DNA of 64,000 nucleotides from the NCBI GenBank assembly GCA_046563655.1, contig CM102286.1:7626001-7690000 (forward strand), written 5' to 3'. How positions within the stretch are numbered: position 1 is the first letter of the stretch; the number at the start of each line of letters is the position of its first letter. Positions 11,029 to 22,491 of the stretch are shown in pieces. Under the pieces are notes generated by a model, which did no database searches, was not told the DNA's origin, and saw only the letters and a list, made by a program, of their open reading frames with translations. Made by a program: the position numbers and the translations under genes. The stretch comes from Yuukianura sp. NJ FZ-2021. Taxonomy: Eukaryota.

Positions 11029-11351
11029 CAGGTAAGTCTCTCTAACTTAGCATGCAAAACTACAACAACAAATGACAATTTAAAATTGCAAAACTTTCAG
11101 CGTTACCGTAACTTCCCAGTTATAGCGGTAACGGTTTACTAAATGAGTGCTCAGCTTAAAGTGAAATTGATAACAAGCGAGATCCCGCCTTCCTAAACGG
11201 AACTTCACGGTGATCAGACAAAATGAACTGCCATTGGCGACTTTTGCAATGGCAGTATAATTTCAGCCCCCATTAGATTTGTTAACCCTTTTGTAGTGCA
11301 ATTGGGATTTGTTTTTGTAGTTTTGCATGCTAAGTTATAGAGACTTACCTG
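11029..11351. mobile_element. MITE with ~40-bp TIRs and TA flanks (Tc1/mariner-like)
   Basis: TA|CAGGTAAGTCTCTCTAACTTAGCATGCAAAACTACAA at 11027 and TTGTAGTTTTGCATGCTAAGTTATAGAGACTTACCTG|TA ending at 11353. Confidence 0.85.
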
Positions 11352-11976
11352 TATCAACGCTTTCTGCAGAGACAGCAAGTCAAGTCGAGTCAAGTATATA
11401 AACCTACATATTATTTGATTACTGAACAGAACCTGAGGTAAACGAGAACAGGCATACGTTTTAAACGCCAGGAGAACATCATTAGATCTTCCAATAACGA
11501 CGAGAGTTTAAATCGAAAACGACGTCACGCCTGTTTCATTCTTTTCCGAAAACGATGCTTTTCAACAACCTTGTTGTGGTGCCAAGAAATTCAAACGCTT
11601 TTTTCCGCATAAATAAGGAATGGTCGCAGGAGTGGCTATGTGAATATGAACTCTGGTTATGATTAAGGAAGCTGTGCCGCACAGCCTGTACGGCTCTGAA
11701 TTAACGCTCTCAGACACTATAAAGAGATATCGGCCTGCTAGCGCTGCGCAGGTTCCTTCTGGGGATCTTGGGATCGCTGCATAATAGAGAATGTAATTAA
11801 AAATAATTAACTGACTAACTGCAACTGCAATCATAAGCATAATGGGATGAAGGAAATCCGCGTGCAAGACTCGCTGTGTCCTCTTTCAATGGAAAGTGCA
11901 TGGGCATGGTGAAACCAATGCTATTTTGTGTTGTGCTTTGAGAACTGGAAAGAAAGGGTGGGAGTTCACTCACATA

Positions 11977-12379
11977 CTGTTCAGATCAAATAAGAAACCG
12001 CAAAAACACCTGCACGTCGCTATGTGCTTTTTTCCCATAAGAAAAAAGAAGCTACTCACTCCTGCCTTCTTTCCCTGAGAAAAGAGGGAAGATTCTTTTT
12101 TGACAGCGAAAAGGAAGAGAATTTCCAGTTGCGCGGCTTGCAGGTGTTACCGCCAATAAATGATTTTTTTTCTAAAGGAAGAACTCACAAAAATAGTTTC
12201 TAGAGATAACACCTGCATGCCGCGCAATTTCTAATTCTCTTCTTTTTCGCTGTCAAAAAAGAATCTTCCCTCTTTTCTCAGGGAAAGAAGGCAGGAGTGA
12301 GTAGCTTCTTTTTTCTTATGGGAAAAAAGCACATAGCGACGTGCAGGTGTTTTTGCGGTTTCTTATTTGATCTGAACAG
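11977..12379. mobile_element. Fold-back MITE with ~173-bp inverted arms and TA flanks
   Basis: Arms 11977-12149 and 12207-12379 are near-perfect reverse complements with a ~57-bp spacer. TA flanks both sides. Confidence 0.9.
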
Positions 12380-12553
12380 TACATTTCTCCAAGCACAGAC
12401 TTTTTCTCCCCATCTCAACTTGGAGCAAAAAATGAAAATACGAAAATCCGGCTGAAGTAAAACGGAATTGCATCCAGTGTATCCTTGCTAATTCTTACTC
12501 GGGTGTTTTTCGTTTTGACTTTTGTCTCACCATCCGGTTACATACGCAATAGG

Positions 12554-12592
12554 CTAGGTTTTTCATTTGCCGAAGGCAAATGAAAAGCCTAG
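12554..12592. repeat. Short palindrome with a GCCGAAGGC core (HINE/Helentron terminal stem-loop-like remnant)
   Basis: CTAGG TTTTTCATTTGCC-GAA-GGCAAATGAAAAG CCTAG. Confidence 0.5.
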
Positions 12593-13130
12593 TAAATAAT
12601 AAGCCGGTCCAGCTTACTTTTAACAAAACAGGGAGAGGGAGAGTTAGGATCAAAGTCTAGGCAAGAAATGCGCTGCCATGAAGTTAATGTTTTTTTCGCT
12701 GTTAAATGCAAAGTACGAGATTATCCCAATTATCCGATTCGAATTTTACCTGGTGTGATTCGTTTAGTGCATGCTACTGCACTTAATTAGATTAATTTAA
12801 TTACAATTTTGTCAATGAATAATGGCAATGGGAATGTTAAGTTTTATGTCTGAAGGGAAGTGATGAAGGGAACCTCAAAACACTGTCCTGGCAAAAGACA
12901 AATCATATAATTCTGTGGAAAAGGGTGCCCCTTCTGCTAATTATACGCTTTTTATAGAATTACAAGATAAAATTCAACCCTTCTCGTCCTTGGTGTCGGT
13001 GTGTCTGCTTTCTTCACCTCGCCAGTCATTCTCCACTTTGCTCTTGAGTCTTGACATCGACATTCGCCAGTCGAACTAGTCGAAGTTAAATAGAGCTCTT
13101 AAACTTAAACTGGTAAAAACAGTAAAAAAC

Positions 13131-15565
13131 ATGGCTACTGTTGGTACCGCAAATGGCAACTTGGAAACTTCTGCATCTGCCCCTGCAGTACCGGGGTCGC
13201 CTGACCTTATTCGCCCTGATCTACCCAGTAAGTGTTCTTGGCATCTACTTCAACATGGACAATCAAGTTTGACGTCTCCACATACTGCAACCACTAGGTA
13301 ATTGATAAAATTTGTACCAATGATTAACTGATTCCGTTAACATGCAACTTTCCGAGCGGAACGGTATAGAGTATTACAATTGAATGAAACAAGCATTGCT
13401 AAATTTTAATTCATATTATTATAATACATTTTAGGTCAACGCAACCGAAGATTATGTCAAATATTTTAGAAAACATCGGAAACACGCCATTGGTACGTCT
13501 GAACAAAATTCCTCTGGCAAAGGGAATTAAATGTGAAGTCTGTAAGTACAGGAAATATTGGAACTTTCTTCTTGGTTCTCGAATGCATTGGGCGGGCAAG
13601 AATTTTAAAATACTGTGTGCTTACTCTATTCTACAGTGGTTAAGTGTGAGTTTTTCAATGCTGGCGGAAGTGTCAAGGATCGGATTGCCATTCGCATGAT
13701 TCGTGACGCTGAGAAAGCCGGAGTTATCAAGAAGGGATTCACCCTAATTGAACCGACATCTGGAAATACAGGTTATTACATTAGTTTACGACAAAAACTG
13801 AAGATCTACCTGTTCGGTAGTCTAGAAAAGTCGTAAAAAATGAATTTTGAATTTTTGTTCTTGTATTAGGAATTGGAATAGCCCTTGCAGCAGCTGTTCT
13901 AGGCTATCGTTGTATAATTGTGATGCCTGAGAAGATGTCCAACGAGAAAGCTGACACTTTGCACGCACTTGGCGCACAGATTGTTAGGACACCAACGTCG
14001 GCGAACTTCGATGCACCCGAGAGCCACATTTCAGTTGCCCAGCGTTTGAACAGGGAAATCCCAGACTCATACATTCTTGATCAGGTAAAAACGTTTTCTG
14101 AAGGCTTTCCCTGGTTTTCTAACCTAAATCCTTAGCTCGAGATTTACCTTTCAGTATCGTAACCCCGGCAATCCCTTGGCACATTATGATGAAACAGCGG
14201 AAGAGATTTTATACGGATGCGATGGACAGTTGGACATGATAGTAGCATCAGCGGGAACCGGCGGTAAGTTAAGTTTTGAAGGTTTACCAAGAAGTTGCGA
14301 TCCAACTTCAATTTGAGAACTTGTTCTAGGTACGATAACCGGTATTGGCAGGAAAATCAAAGAGAAATGCCCATCTTGCAAGGTCATCGGAGTTGACCCC
14401 ATGGGATCCATCCTGGCTCAACCGGAGGAACTCAATGAGTCTGACGTCAAACTGTACGAAGTGGAGGGAATTGGCTATGATTTTATCCCGACTGTACTCG
14501 GTAAAACTATATTCCTATTATATCGAAATCGAGTGAAGTACTAGTAAAAAGTGTCCAAAAGTTATTGCTTACTTACATTTCGTTCACAGATCGTTCCGTT
14601 GTGGACAAGTGGTACAAAAGCAGCGATGTTGAGTCCCTTTCCATGTCGAGACGTCTGATTAGAGAAGAAGGCCTGTTATGCGGTATGTTGTAAAAAGTTG
14701 TACTTTGCAGAACAAATACGGCAACAACAAAACTCCGACTATCGTTTTTACAGGCGGGAGCAGCGGGGCTGCATTAAGTTGTGCCATTCGTGCCATCAAA
14801 GAATTTGACTTGAAGGAAGGGCAGCGTTGTGTTGTTGTATTGCCTGATGGCTTGAGGAACTACATGACGAAGTTCCTGTGTGATAAGTGGATGGCTGAAC
14901 GTGGTTTTCTACCAGATTCGAATTTGGCGAAACAATACTGGTGGTGGGACACGACGGTGGCCTATCTCAAACTGCAAGCTCCTCTAACTATTTTACCTGA
15001 TGTGAAAGTACAAGATGCCATTGACATCATGACCAGAAAGGGATTTGATCAAATGCCCGTTGTCGATAAAAATGGGTAACACACCGATCCATTCTGAAAC
15101 AATTCACCATTTTGTAGATTTATTTTATTAATCCTAGTTTTCTTACCATTTCCGTAGCGGTATCTTGGGAATGGTGACGCTTGGAAGCTTGCTAACCTGC
15201 GTACTCCATAAGAAGCTAGTCCCTTCAGATCCGGTCGAATCTGCTCTCTATCGTCAATTCAAGAAGGTCAAAATGGACATGACGCTTGGAAAGTTGTCAT
15301 ACATTTTGAATTCGGACCATTTCGCTCTTGTTACTCATTCACAGATCGAATGTAGGTCAAGGTTACATTAATTGGTGCATTTGAATTTAGTCATTTTAAT
15401 TTGAGCATGGAATTTATAGTTTCAGGTGGAAACGAGGAGAAAGAGAGGGAAGTCATTATTGGCATTGTAACGCAAATCGATTTGCTGAATTACATTACGG
15501 GAGTTGAAGAACATCATAAAGTTCTTTATGGAACAGCTTTGTGGGTTCACGTAAACAAGAGTTAA
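13131..15565 (+). CDS. CBS: Cystathionine beta-synthase, multi-exon
   Basis: Heme motif [11 protein letters not shown]...[16 protein letters not shown]-lysine motif [49 protein letters not shown] and a C-terminal CBS pair. The last stop is 15563-15565, or ~15637 if an extra terminal exon is used. Confidence 0.97.
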
Positions 15566-16123
15566 AATTCCTTATCAAAAGCAGTCTGATTTTCAATTTT
15601 CTCATTTCAGTGCCAAGGTAGCGGTGTCCGATACTGATGTCCAACCGACTGCAAAGTAACGATCTACCAAAACATGAAGTGCAAAAATTGTTACCGAGAT
15701 TATGTTAACAAATGCAAAATCCTTCCGAAGCTCCCGAAAATCCTGTCTTGGTCTCTCTTCATACTAAATTCTTTATTTTCATTCATGTGCTAAAATTGAG
15801 TAAAACAAAATTAAATGGGCAATCAATTACTGAATTTACAGAAAAACAATATCTGAGTCATGTACAAAACAGACAGAACAAAGTTCGTTTTAAAAATAGC
15901 TTGAGACAGAAGTGATGAATCCAAGGATTTGTTCCCATTCAAAACATGACGTTAAGAATAATTCCCAGTCCCAAGGTCACTTTATGTTAAAGGTTATCTC
16001 CCTAAGAACTCCTTGTCTAAAGAGCTGAAGCATATGTCGTTAGTTTCAGTTTCGGATTTATCCAGATCAGTGTCATGATTTTTATGGTCTCGGGAGTGGG
16101 GAATTGACTTTAAATATTTAAAT

Positions 16124-17715
16124 ATGGGAACCTGTGACTTCATAGCAGGATGGGCTGGAGGTGAGTAAAAAAAAAATTTTATAGAAAACTAAACTTACTA
16201 CTTTGCACAAAACTAAACTTGTTTTTTTTTTTATTTCTAGGCGTCCTGGGACTAGTGACGGGTCATCCGTTTGACACTGTAAAAGTAAATCAGCAGAATC
16301 TTGGAATAGGGATGCTGGAATGTACGAAACAAATTTTCGCAACGCAGGGAATCAAAGGTAACCAACCAACCAACGAACGAAGGCTTTAAAAACTATGATA
16401 TGTTAAATCTATGCGTTAATTACGCTTGTGATTTATTTAGGATACTTCCGGGGGATGGCTTTTCCGATTATTACAGCCAGCAGTATCAATTCTATATATT
16501 TCGGGGTCTACCGAGTTTCCTTAGAACGCATTATGGAACTAGGGCAAGAAGACAAGCTTCTCAGACTTGGCCGTCCGCCAGATGAAATAACAAATGTAAG
16601 AGAATCGGAACTAGGATTTAATTAATTACTTATTAATAATTTAACTACTAATTTAAATTAATTAGTTGCTAAGTTCTTGGCCGGGAATGTCTTTTTCACA
16701 GGAAAATGAAACCTTACGAAAGCACAGCTACACTAACACATTTATTGCTGGTTGTATTGGCGGAACAGCGCAACTGATTCTGACGATTCCAGTGGAACTT
16801 GTGAAAATCAAACTGCAAACGACATGTTCCAAAGGCGAAACAATAAATTATCGTGGACCAGTGGACGTTCTACGCCATATATGGGAAACAAAAGGGCTGA
16901 GAGGTCTCTATGCCGGGACAGGGGTGACGGCGTTGAGGTAATTTCACGAAACCATTTAATAAACAAAAACTAAAATTGCGAAAGATACTTTATTTCTTGG
17001 AAATAATAAGTCGTTTTGTTTGTTTTTGAGGAGTTAACAGAGACATTCCCTCATCCGGAGTTTACATGTGTGGCTACGCAGTACTTTCGGATTGGCTACA
17101 AAAATTACAGTTCCTGAAGGACGGTGGGGACAGTACAGCTCCGAATGCGTTAAGGATACTCATCGCCGGGGGCCTCGCTGGTAAAATACTAGTCACTCCG
17201 ATGTTTCCAAGATTTCACTTTCATAAACTTTGCAAATTGCAACTAATTTGTGCAGGGACTTTCTCGTGGTGGTCAATTATACCATTTGACGTTATTAAAT
17301 CCAGAATTCAAGCCGACAATCCAGTGAACCCTCGCTATAAAGGCTGGATCGATTGTTCTCAGCAGACATATCGGAAACATGGGCTTAAAGGGTACGACAC
17401 TTGTCGACATTGTCTATTATGCGAATTCCCGGGAGTTTTTTTCTGAAAACCACCCTGCTCCCTATAATCAACAACACGTATTTGATATTTGGCTAGCTTA
17501 TACATATTTTTAGCTTCTGCCTTTTGAGAGTTATCGATTGGGCTGATGAAACTAAAGTTAAACCTAATTTTTCTTCGTTTTTTTCCTCCTATAGATTCAT
17601 GAGAGGAGTTTTACCGCTGACGTTACGTGCGTTTCCGGTTAACGCTGTTACATTTTTAGGTTATGAATGGTCAAATACTTTGTGTTTAGCCGTAGCATCT
17701 AGATATAACCTTTAG
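16124..17715 (+). CDS. Mitochondrial carrier, SLC25A45/A48/A29-like
   Basis: DFIAGWAGG start, three carrier signatures (GHPFDTVKV, PVELVKIK, PFDVIKSR), R-DIP and LRAFPVNAVTFLGYE. Confidence 0.9.
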
Positions 17716-18132
17716 AATTAGGACCTTCAACGATTGTGTAGAATAATGCGAAATAGGTGCCTACTGTAGTAATACATTCACATAACTAATAAATACTGTT
17801 GATTTATTACCACGTATTAATTACTAATGGTGAATTTTTAAAATGAACTCGGTTTTTGTTTTTGTCTAAATACGTTGTCTTTAACGTTAGGAAGGGATGA
17901 CGCTCCGAAACTCCGCCCCCATTACTTGGGTTCCCGCCTACAATAAGTATGTTTTGCAAAAATAGTTTTCAACTTCACATCCACGATTCACATTCAAACC
18001 ATCAGCTGATTTTTATTTTGAAAAGATTTTCAAGATAGAATTTTGCTCTATATTTAATTAAATTAATTAGACTTGAATACCAATTGACTAGACAAACCAT
18101 AAGAACTAACGTTTGTAATTAAGTTGTGGCAA

Positions 18133-20015
18133 ATGTCGCTAATTGGCCAAAAAGTTGCCAGTGTTTCATTTACTTGTCAGCGATGCATGCAACCAATCAG
18201 GTTGGATCAATCTTTCAACTCCATCGATGAACACACCCTTGCGGAATTACATCGTAAGAAAAACATAGAAATGTGGTTAACGAATTTTAAAAATTGCAAC
18301 CTGGACTAAACGTTTTGTCATTGTTCATTTACTGTTGTTTTCAGTTCCATTATATGCACCGCCAACATTGGATTTGGATGCATCTAGTAGCGCTGGTCTA
18401 GTTGACAAATTGATTCCACCGATTACGGAAAGTAGTAACCATGGATTTACGATTGTTGGCAATTCAGCGTCTGATCCGTCCTCTCAGAGCCATCAACTTC
18501 GAAAACACGCAGAACTAATGAATATTCTTTCCGAGAAGACTGAAATCGATCACCCGTTATGTGAAGAATGTTGCGACACACTAATCACGTTGCTGGATAG
18601 CGAGCTCCGTTTCACAGAGGAAGAATGCAACCAGTATCAGGAGTTCCTTAGGAAGTACGTCTACGAAACTATTCCGTATTTATTCATTATCAGGCAGGAT
18701 ATGATGTAATCGGAGTACTGTTGCTTACGATTTTGATACGTATGTCATTTTCAGATTGGAAACTGAGCCAGAAACTGATGATATTGAGGCACTAGAAGCC
18801 CAATTACGGGACGTAAGTTCTTATAGTATTTTATTATGCTTGGTGTCTCTTGGTAAACTTGGCAATGTTTCAGTCAATTCATAACATTTTTCAGTTGCAA
18901 AAGGAAGAACGATCTCTCCGCGACGAAATCAATGAACTTAAAATCGCAGAGGCCACGGCCGAAGATAATTTGCAGCGTCAGAGAGCCGAACAGGCTCGAC
19001 TGAAGGAACAGGAAGACCAGTTCTTCAGGGAGTATTGTAGACACAAAAGGCAGCTCTCTGAAACAGAAGATCAGTACCAAAGGTAAAACCATAATCGACG
19101 CTAGCGGTATATTTTTAGGATAAAGTTTTATAAGAAGTATTTTCCTTTATGAACAGTTTAGATAACGAGCTGAGGTATGTTGAAGGACAACTCGAACGGT
19201 TGGGAAAAACCAATGCATTGAACGCTACTTTTCATATTTGGCACAACGGCCATTTCGCTACGATAAACACTTTCCGTTTAGGACGACTTCCTTCCGAACC
19301 GGTTGACTGGAATGAAATTAATGCCGCATGGGGTCAAACCGTGCTTCTGCTCAATTCGCTGGCCAGGAAAATCAACTTCACATTCTCTGGATACCAGTTA
19401 GTTCCATTTGGAAATCATTCATACATCAAGGTATGTCACTTACCGTAAAGTCAAATTCTACTTCAACGGTTGAAGTTGAACCGAATATCTCACCTAAAAC
19501 AATAATAAACTTAGGTGCTGGAGGACAACAACGAGTTACCATTACATGGAAGTTCAAGATTCCGATTCTTGTGGGATACCAAATTTGATCAAGGTAAAAA
19601 TTAATTTGAGCTAAACGTATTGATTTAGCAATAGTAGAATCTTGAGTTTCTGGAGGACTAATTTATATTGTCAGGCATGTCGGCATTCCTGGAGTGTCTG
19701 AGCCAGCTCCAAACTGCAATGCTTGAACGTCCCGGACAAAGTGGTTTCGCACTGCCCTACAGAATGAGTGAAAAGGGAAAAATCGAGGATCCAACTTGCA
19801 ACAAGTCATACTCTATCAAGTAATTTCGTTCTTCCACTTATTACACTTATTCAGTTGAAATTAATACACCGAACTGTCTTATGAAACTAATCTTGAATTG
19901 CAGGATTCAGTTGAACTCAGAGGAACAATGGACGAAGGCATTAAAATTCATGATGACAAACTTGAAGTGGGCACTTGCATGGGTATCGTCTCAAGCCGTA
20001 CAAGATGTTCCCTAA
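18133..20015 (+). CDS. Atg6: Beclin-1 / Atg6
   Basis: [19 protein letters not shown], a coiled coil, [34 protein letters not shown] and the C-terminal [19 protein letters not shown]. Stop TAA at 20013-20015. Confidence 0.97.
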
Positions 20016-20225
20016 ATAATGCACTTCAACAACTCTGAAATCAAACTTACTAATTAATAGAGTAAGTGAACACGAAAAATGTTTGACAATTTCTTATTCG
20101 TTTAAGACCCAAGTCCGACTAGTGGTAAAATATAAAGGAACGAAACACAGTGATAAGTTTAACGTTATTCAGTCACTGATTACGGAACACAGTGCGGAAG
20201 AGAGACTGTAGATCGGGTGCCAAGA

Positions 20226-21585
20226 TTATTTGTGGCTGGTATCCGGTTTTGAACACCATTTCTGATGTAGGAACCACATAACTGCGAAAGCAAAAGTTGA
20301 AGGACTTTGAAGTTGCTTCTTGTTCATATACTCCGTGATTTCTGGTATCGTCATTTCCACGACTTCGATAAATTCGCCTTCATGCGGGTTACCACCGCCT
20401 ATAGAATGTAACGTTTCATTTTCAATCAAAGTATCACAGGAGTCAGACGGTATAAGTATAAGCGCATCATCGTAACGTCAAATCACTTCACTGTCATACC
20501 TTCATTCACTTTCATGTTATCTTCGACTTCAACATAGAACATGAATATCTCCGTACTGGTTTCGCCAACATCTCTAGAACAAATTATAGCTATCAAGTTC
20601 AGATTTTAGCCTTTGCATTTCTAATACTAAAAGATAGATCTGCAGATGCTCGAAAACTGGAGATCATCAGTCTTATTAGAAACTACAAGGGCAGTAAATA
20701 TTAACTTTGATGAAAGCATAAATAAAAGAATTGTCTTCACGGTAATTTGGTGATCAGCTCGAAGTTTTCCAGAGGGACGTCATACCCACATTCTTCTAAG
20801 ACTTCCTCCTTGGCAGTCTGTTCTGCTGAAAGGCCATTTTTGTCCATAAGGCCTGCGCAGAGTTCCACAGTGACACCATTGGAACCAGGGATACGAGACC
20901 AGTCAACAGCATTGAAATCCGTTACGGCAGAATGTACCGCGGACTTGAAATATACAGCTGTTTGCAAAAGTCGAAATCAATCAAAAATTAATCAAAAGAT
21001 AATTACAAAATGGTCCGGTTGGAGAGTAGCAAAGGGGTCTGTTTTTCTTTTAGTCCCTGAGTTAGGTTATCAAATCAGGACACAGTGCACGGCTCCTCGC
21101 TCACCTTCAACACCGTGCACTGTGTCCTGATTTGATAACCTAAAGGGACAAAAAGAAAAACAGACCCCATTGGTACTCTCCAACCAATGATCCTTTAACT
21201 TGGTTTGAAAACTTCAACATACTGAAATAAATCCAAAGTACAATAAGATTGTAAGATAAATACCTCACCTGGACGAAATTGTTTGACAAAGATGAGGACG
21301 TGTCTGGTACGATTGTAAATTAGAACAACAACACTATAAAACCAAATGATATCTGTCACATTCAGCGATTTAGATAAAATTTATGCTTGTACGAATTACA
21401 AACGATTTCCAGGCATACCTGTCGAGAAGCTTCACAAAGTCCCAGTGACGCTTGATGCTGTTCTGTGCAAAGTGCATTCGGAATGGCTTGATATAAGCTG
21501 ACGTTGTCAAAGGCTCCACAGAAACGTTCTCAATTTTTACCATATTCGCTACCAGTGCGTCCCTAGCATTCATTTCATCCTCCAT
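20226..21585 (-). CDS. NUDT14: UDP-glucose pyrophosphatase NUDT14-like Nudix hydrolase
   Basis: [22 protein letters not shown], the Nudix box [13 protein letters not shown]...[27 protein letters not shown] and FAVMWF. The start could be the ATG at 21585 or the downstream MVKIEN. Confidence 0.9.
21017..21185. mobile_element. Small fold-back MITE in a NUDT14 intron
   Basis: Arms ~21017-21092 and ~21113-21185 are reverse complements with few mismatches or indels. Confidence 0.75.
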
Positions 21586-22491
21586 GACTTTTTCGACCTT
21601 AAAACCAGTAAATCAGAATTACGGAACGGAACTTGAAGCACCATTTTGCCAGAACAATTTTTTGTAGATTTCAGCTCTTACCAGAATGTTGATTGTGCTG
21701 CTCAATAAACTGAGGTTTTATTAGCAAATCTTTTAAGTCTTTCTTAAAGAATTTTCAACTTTACAATCCTCCCTTTTCTGCTGGTTCGATTCTAAAAAAA
21801 ATCCGCAAAATTTAGCTTTCAAAATCCTAGCGCCTAAATGCCTCCGTTAGTTCAACTTCCAGAATCCAAAAGGAAGTTCATATACGAATTCTGTATTCAC
21901 TTAAAACGTACTTGTAGATGACGGCAACGACGATAAACATTTCTCAAATTGAGAGCGAGATGCAATGCAACTTACCGTTTCAGTAACGTAATTGAATCTA
22001 AACTCTAATAGTGAGTGAAACTTTATTTTAAAAACAACGTCAACAATCAATTTGCCATAAAAAAAAATAGCTTCATAATTCGGAATCCGAATTTCAGAGA
22101 CAGAAAAATGTCTACTAGATGCTTCATATAAATCCAAAAGTTATTGACAAAATTTAACCTTTTGATTAAACACATTTCATTTTTGTTATGAGGGTTCAAC
22201 TTTACAAATGTCAATTTTTATGACAGTTGATAAAAGTTAGCACCCAAACGTTGAGTTTTTGTCTGATGAATTGATTATCAGTTGTCAAGTTATTGTGGGT
22301 AACCTTCCCTAGAAGGCATATAATTTATTAACTTATAGAAAAAAGTAATTAGCATGTTGAAAGTTTTAGGGTTGCGTTTCACACGCCAGAAGCAACTTGG
22401 CGTTTGCACTATAGTTCAACTAAATTGCAAAGAATGGTTTCAAAATTTGGTTGTTTGTTGATTATGGTATATTGTTCAAACTTCTTGGACG

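Noticed and set aside
13131..21585. Functional cluster of CBS, SLC25 carrier, Atg6 and NUDT14
   Set aside because: These are unrelated housekeeping genes in a compact genome, with no sequence evidence of co-transcription or a shared pathway.
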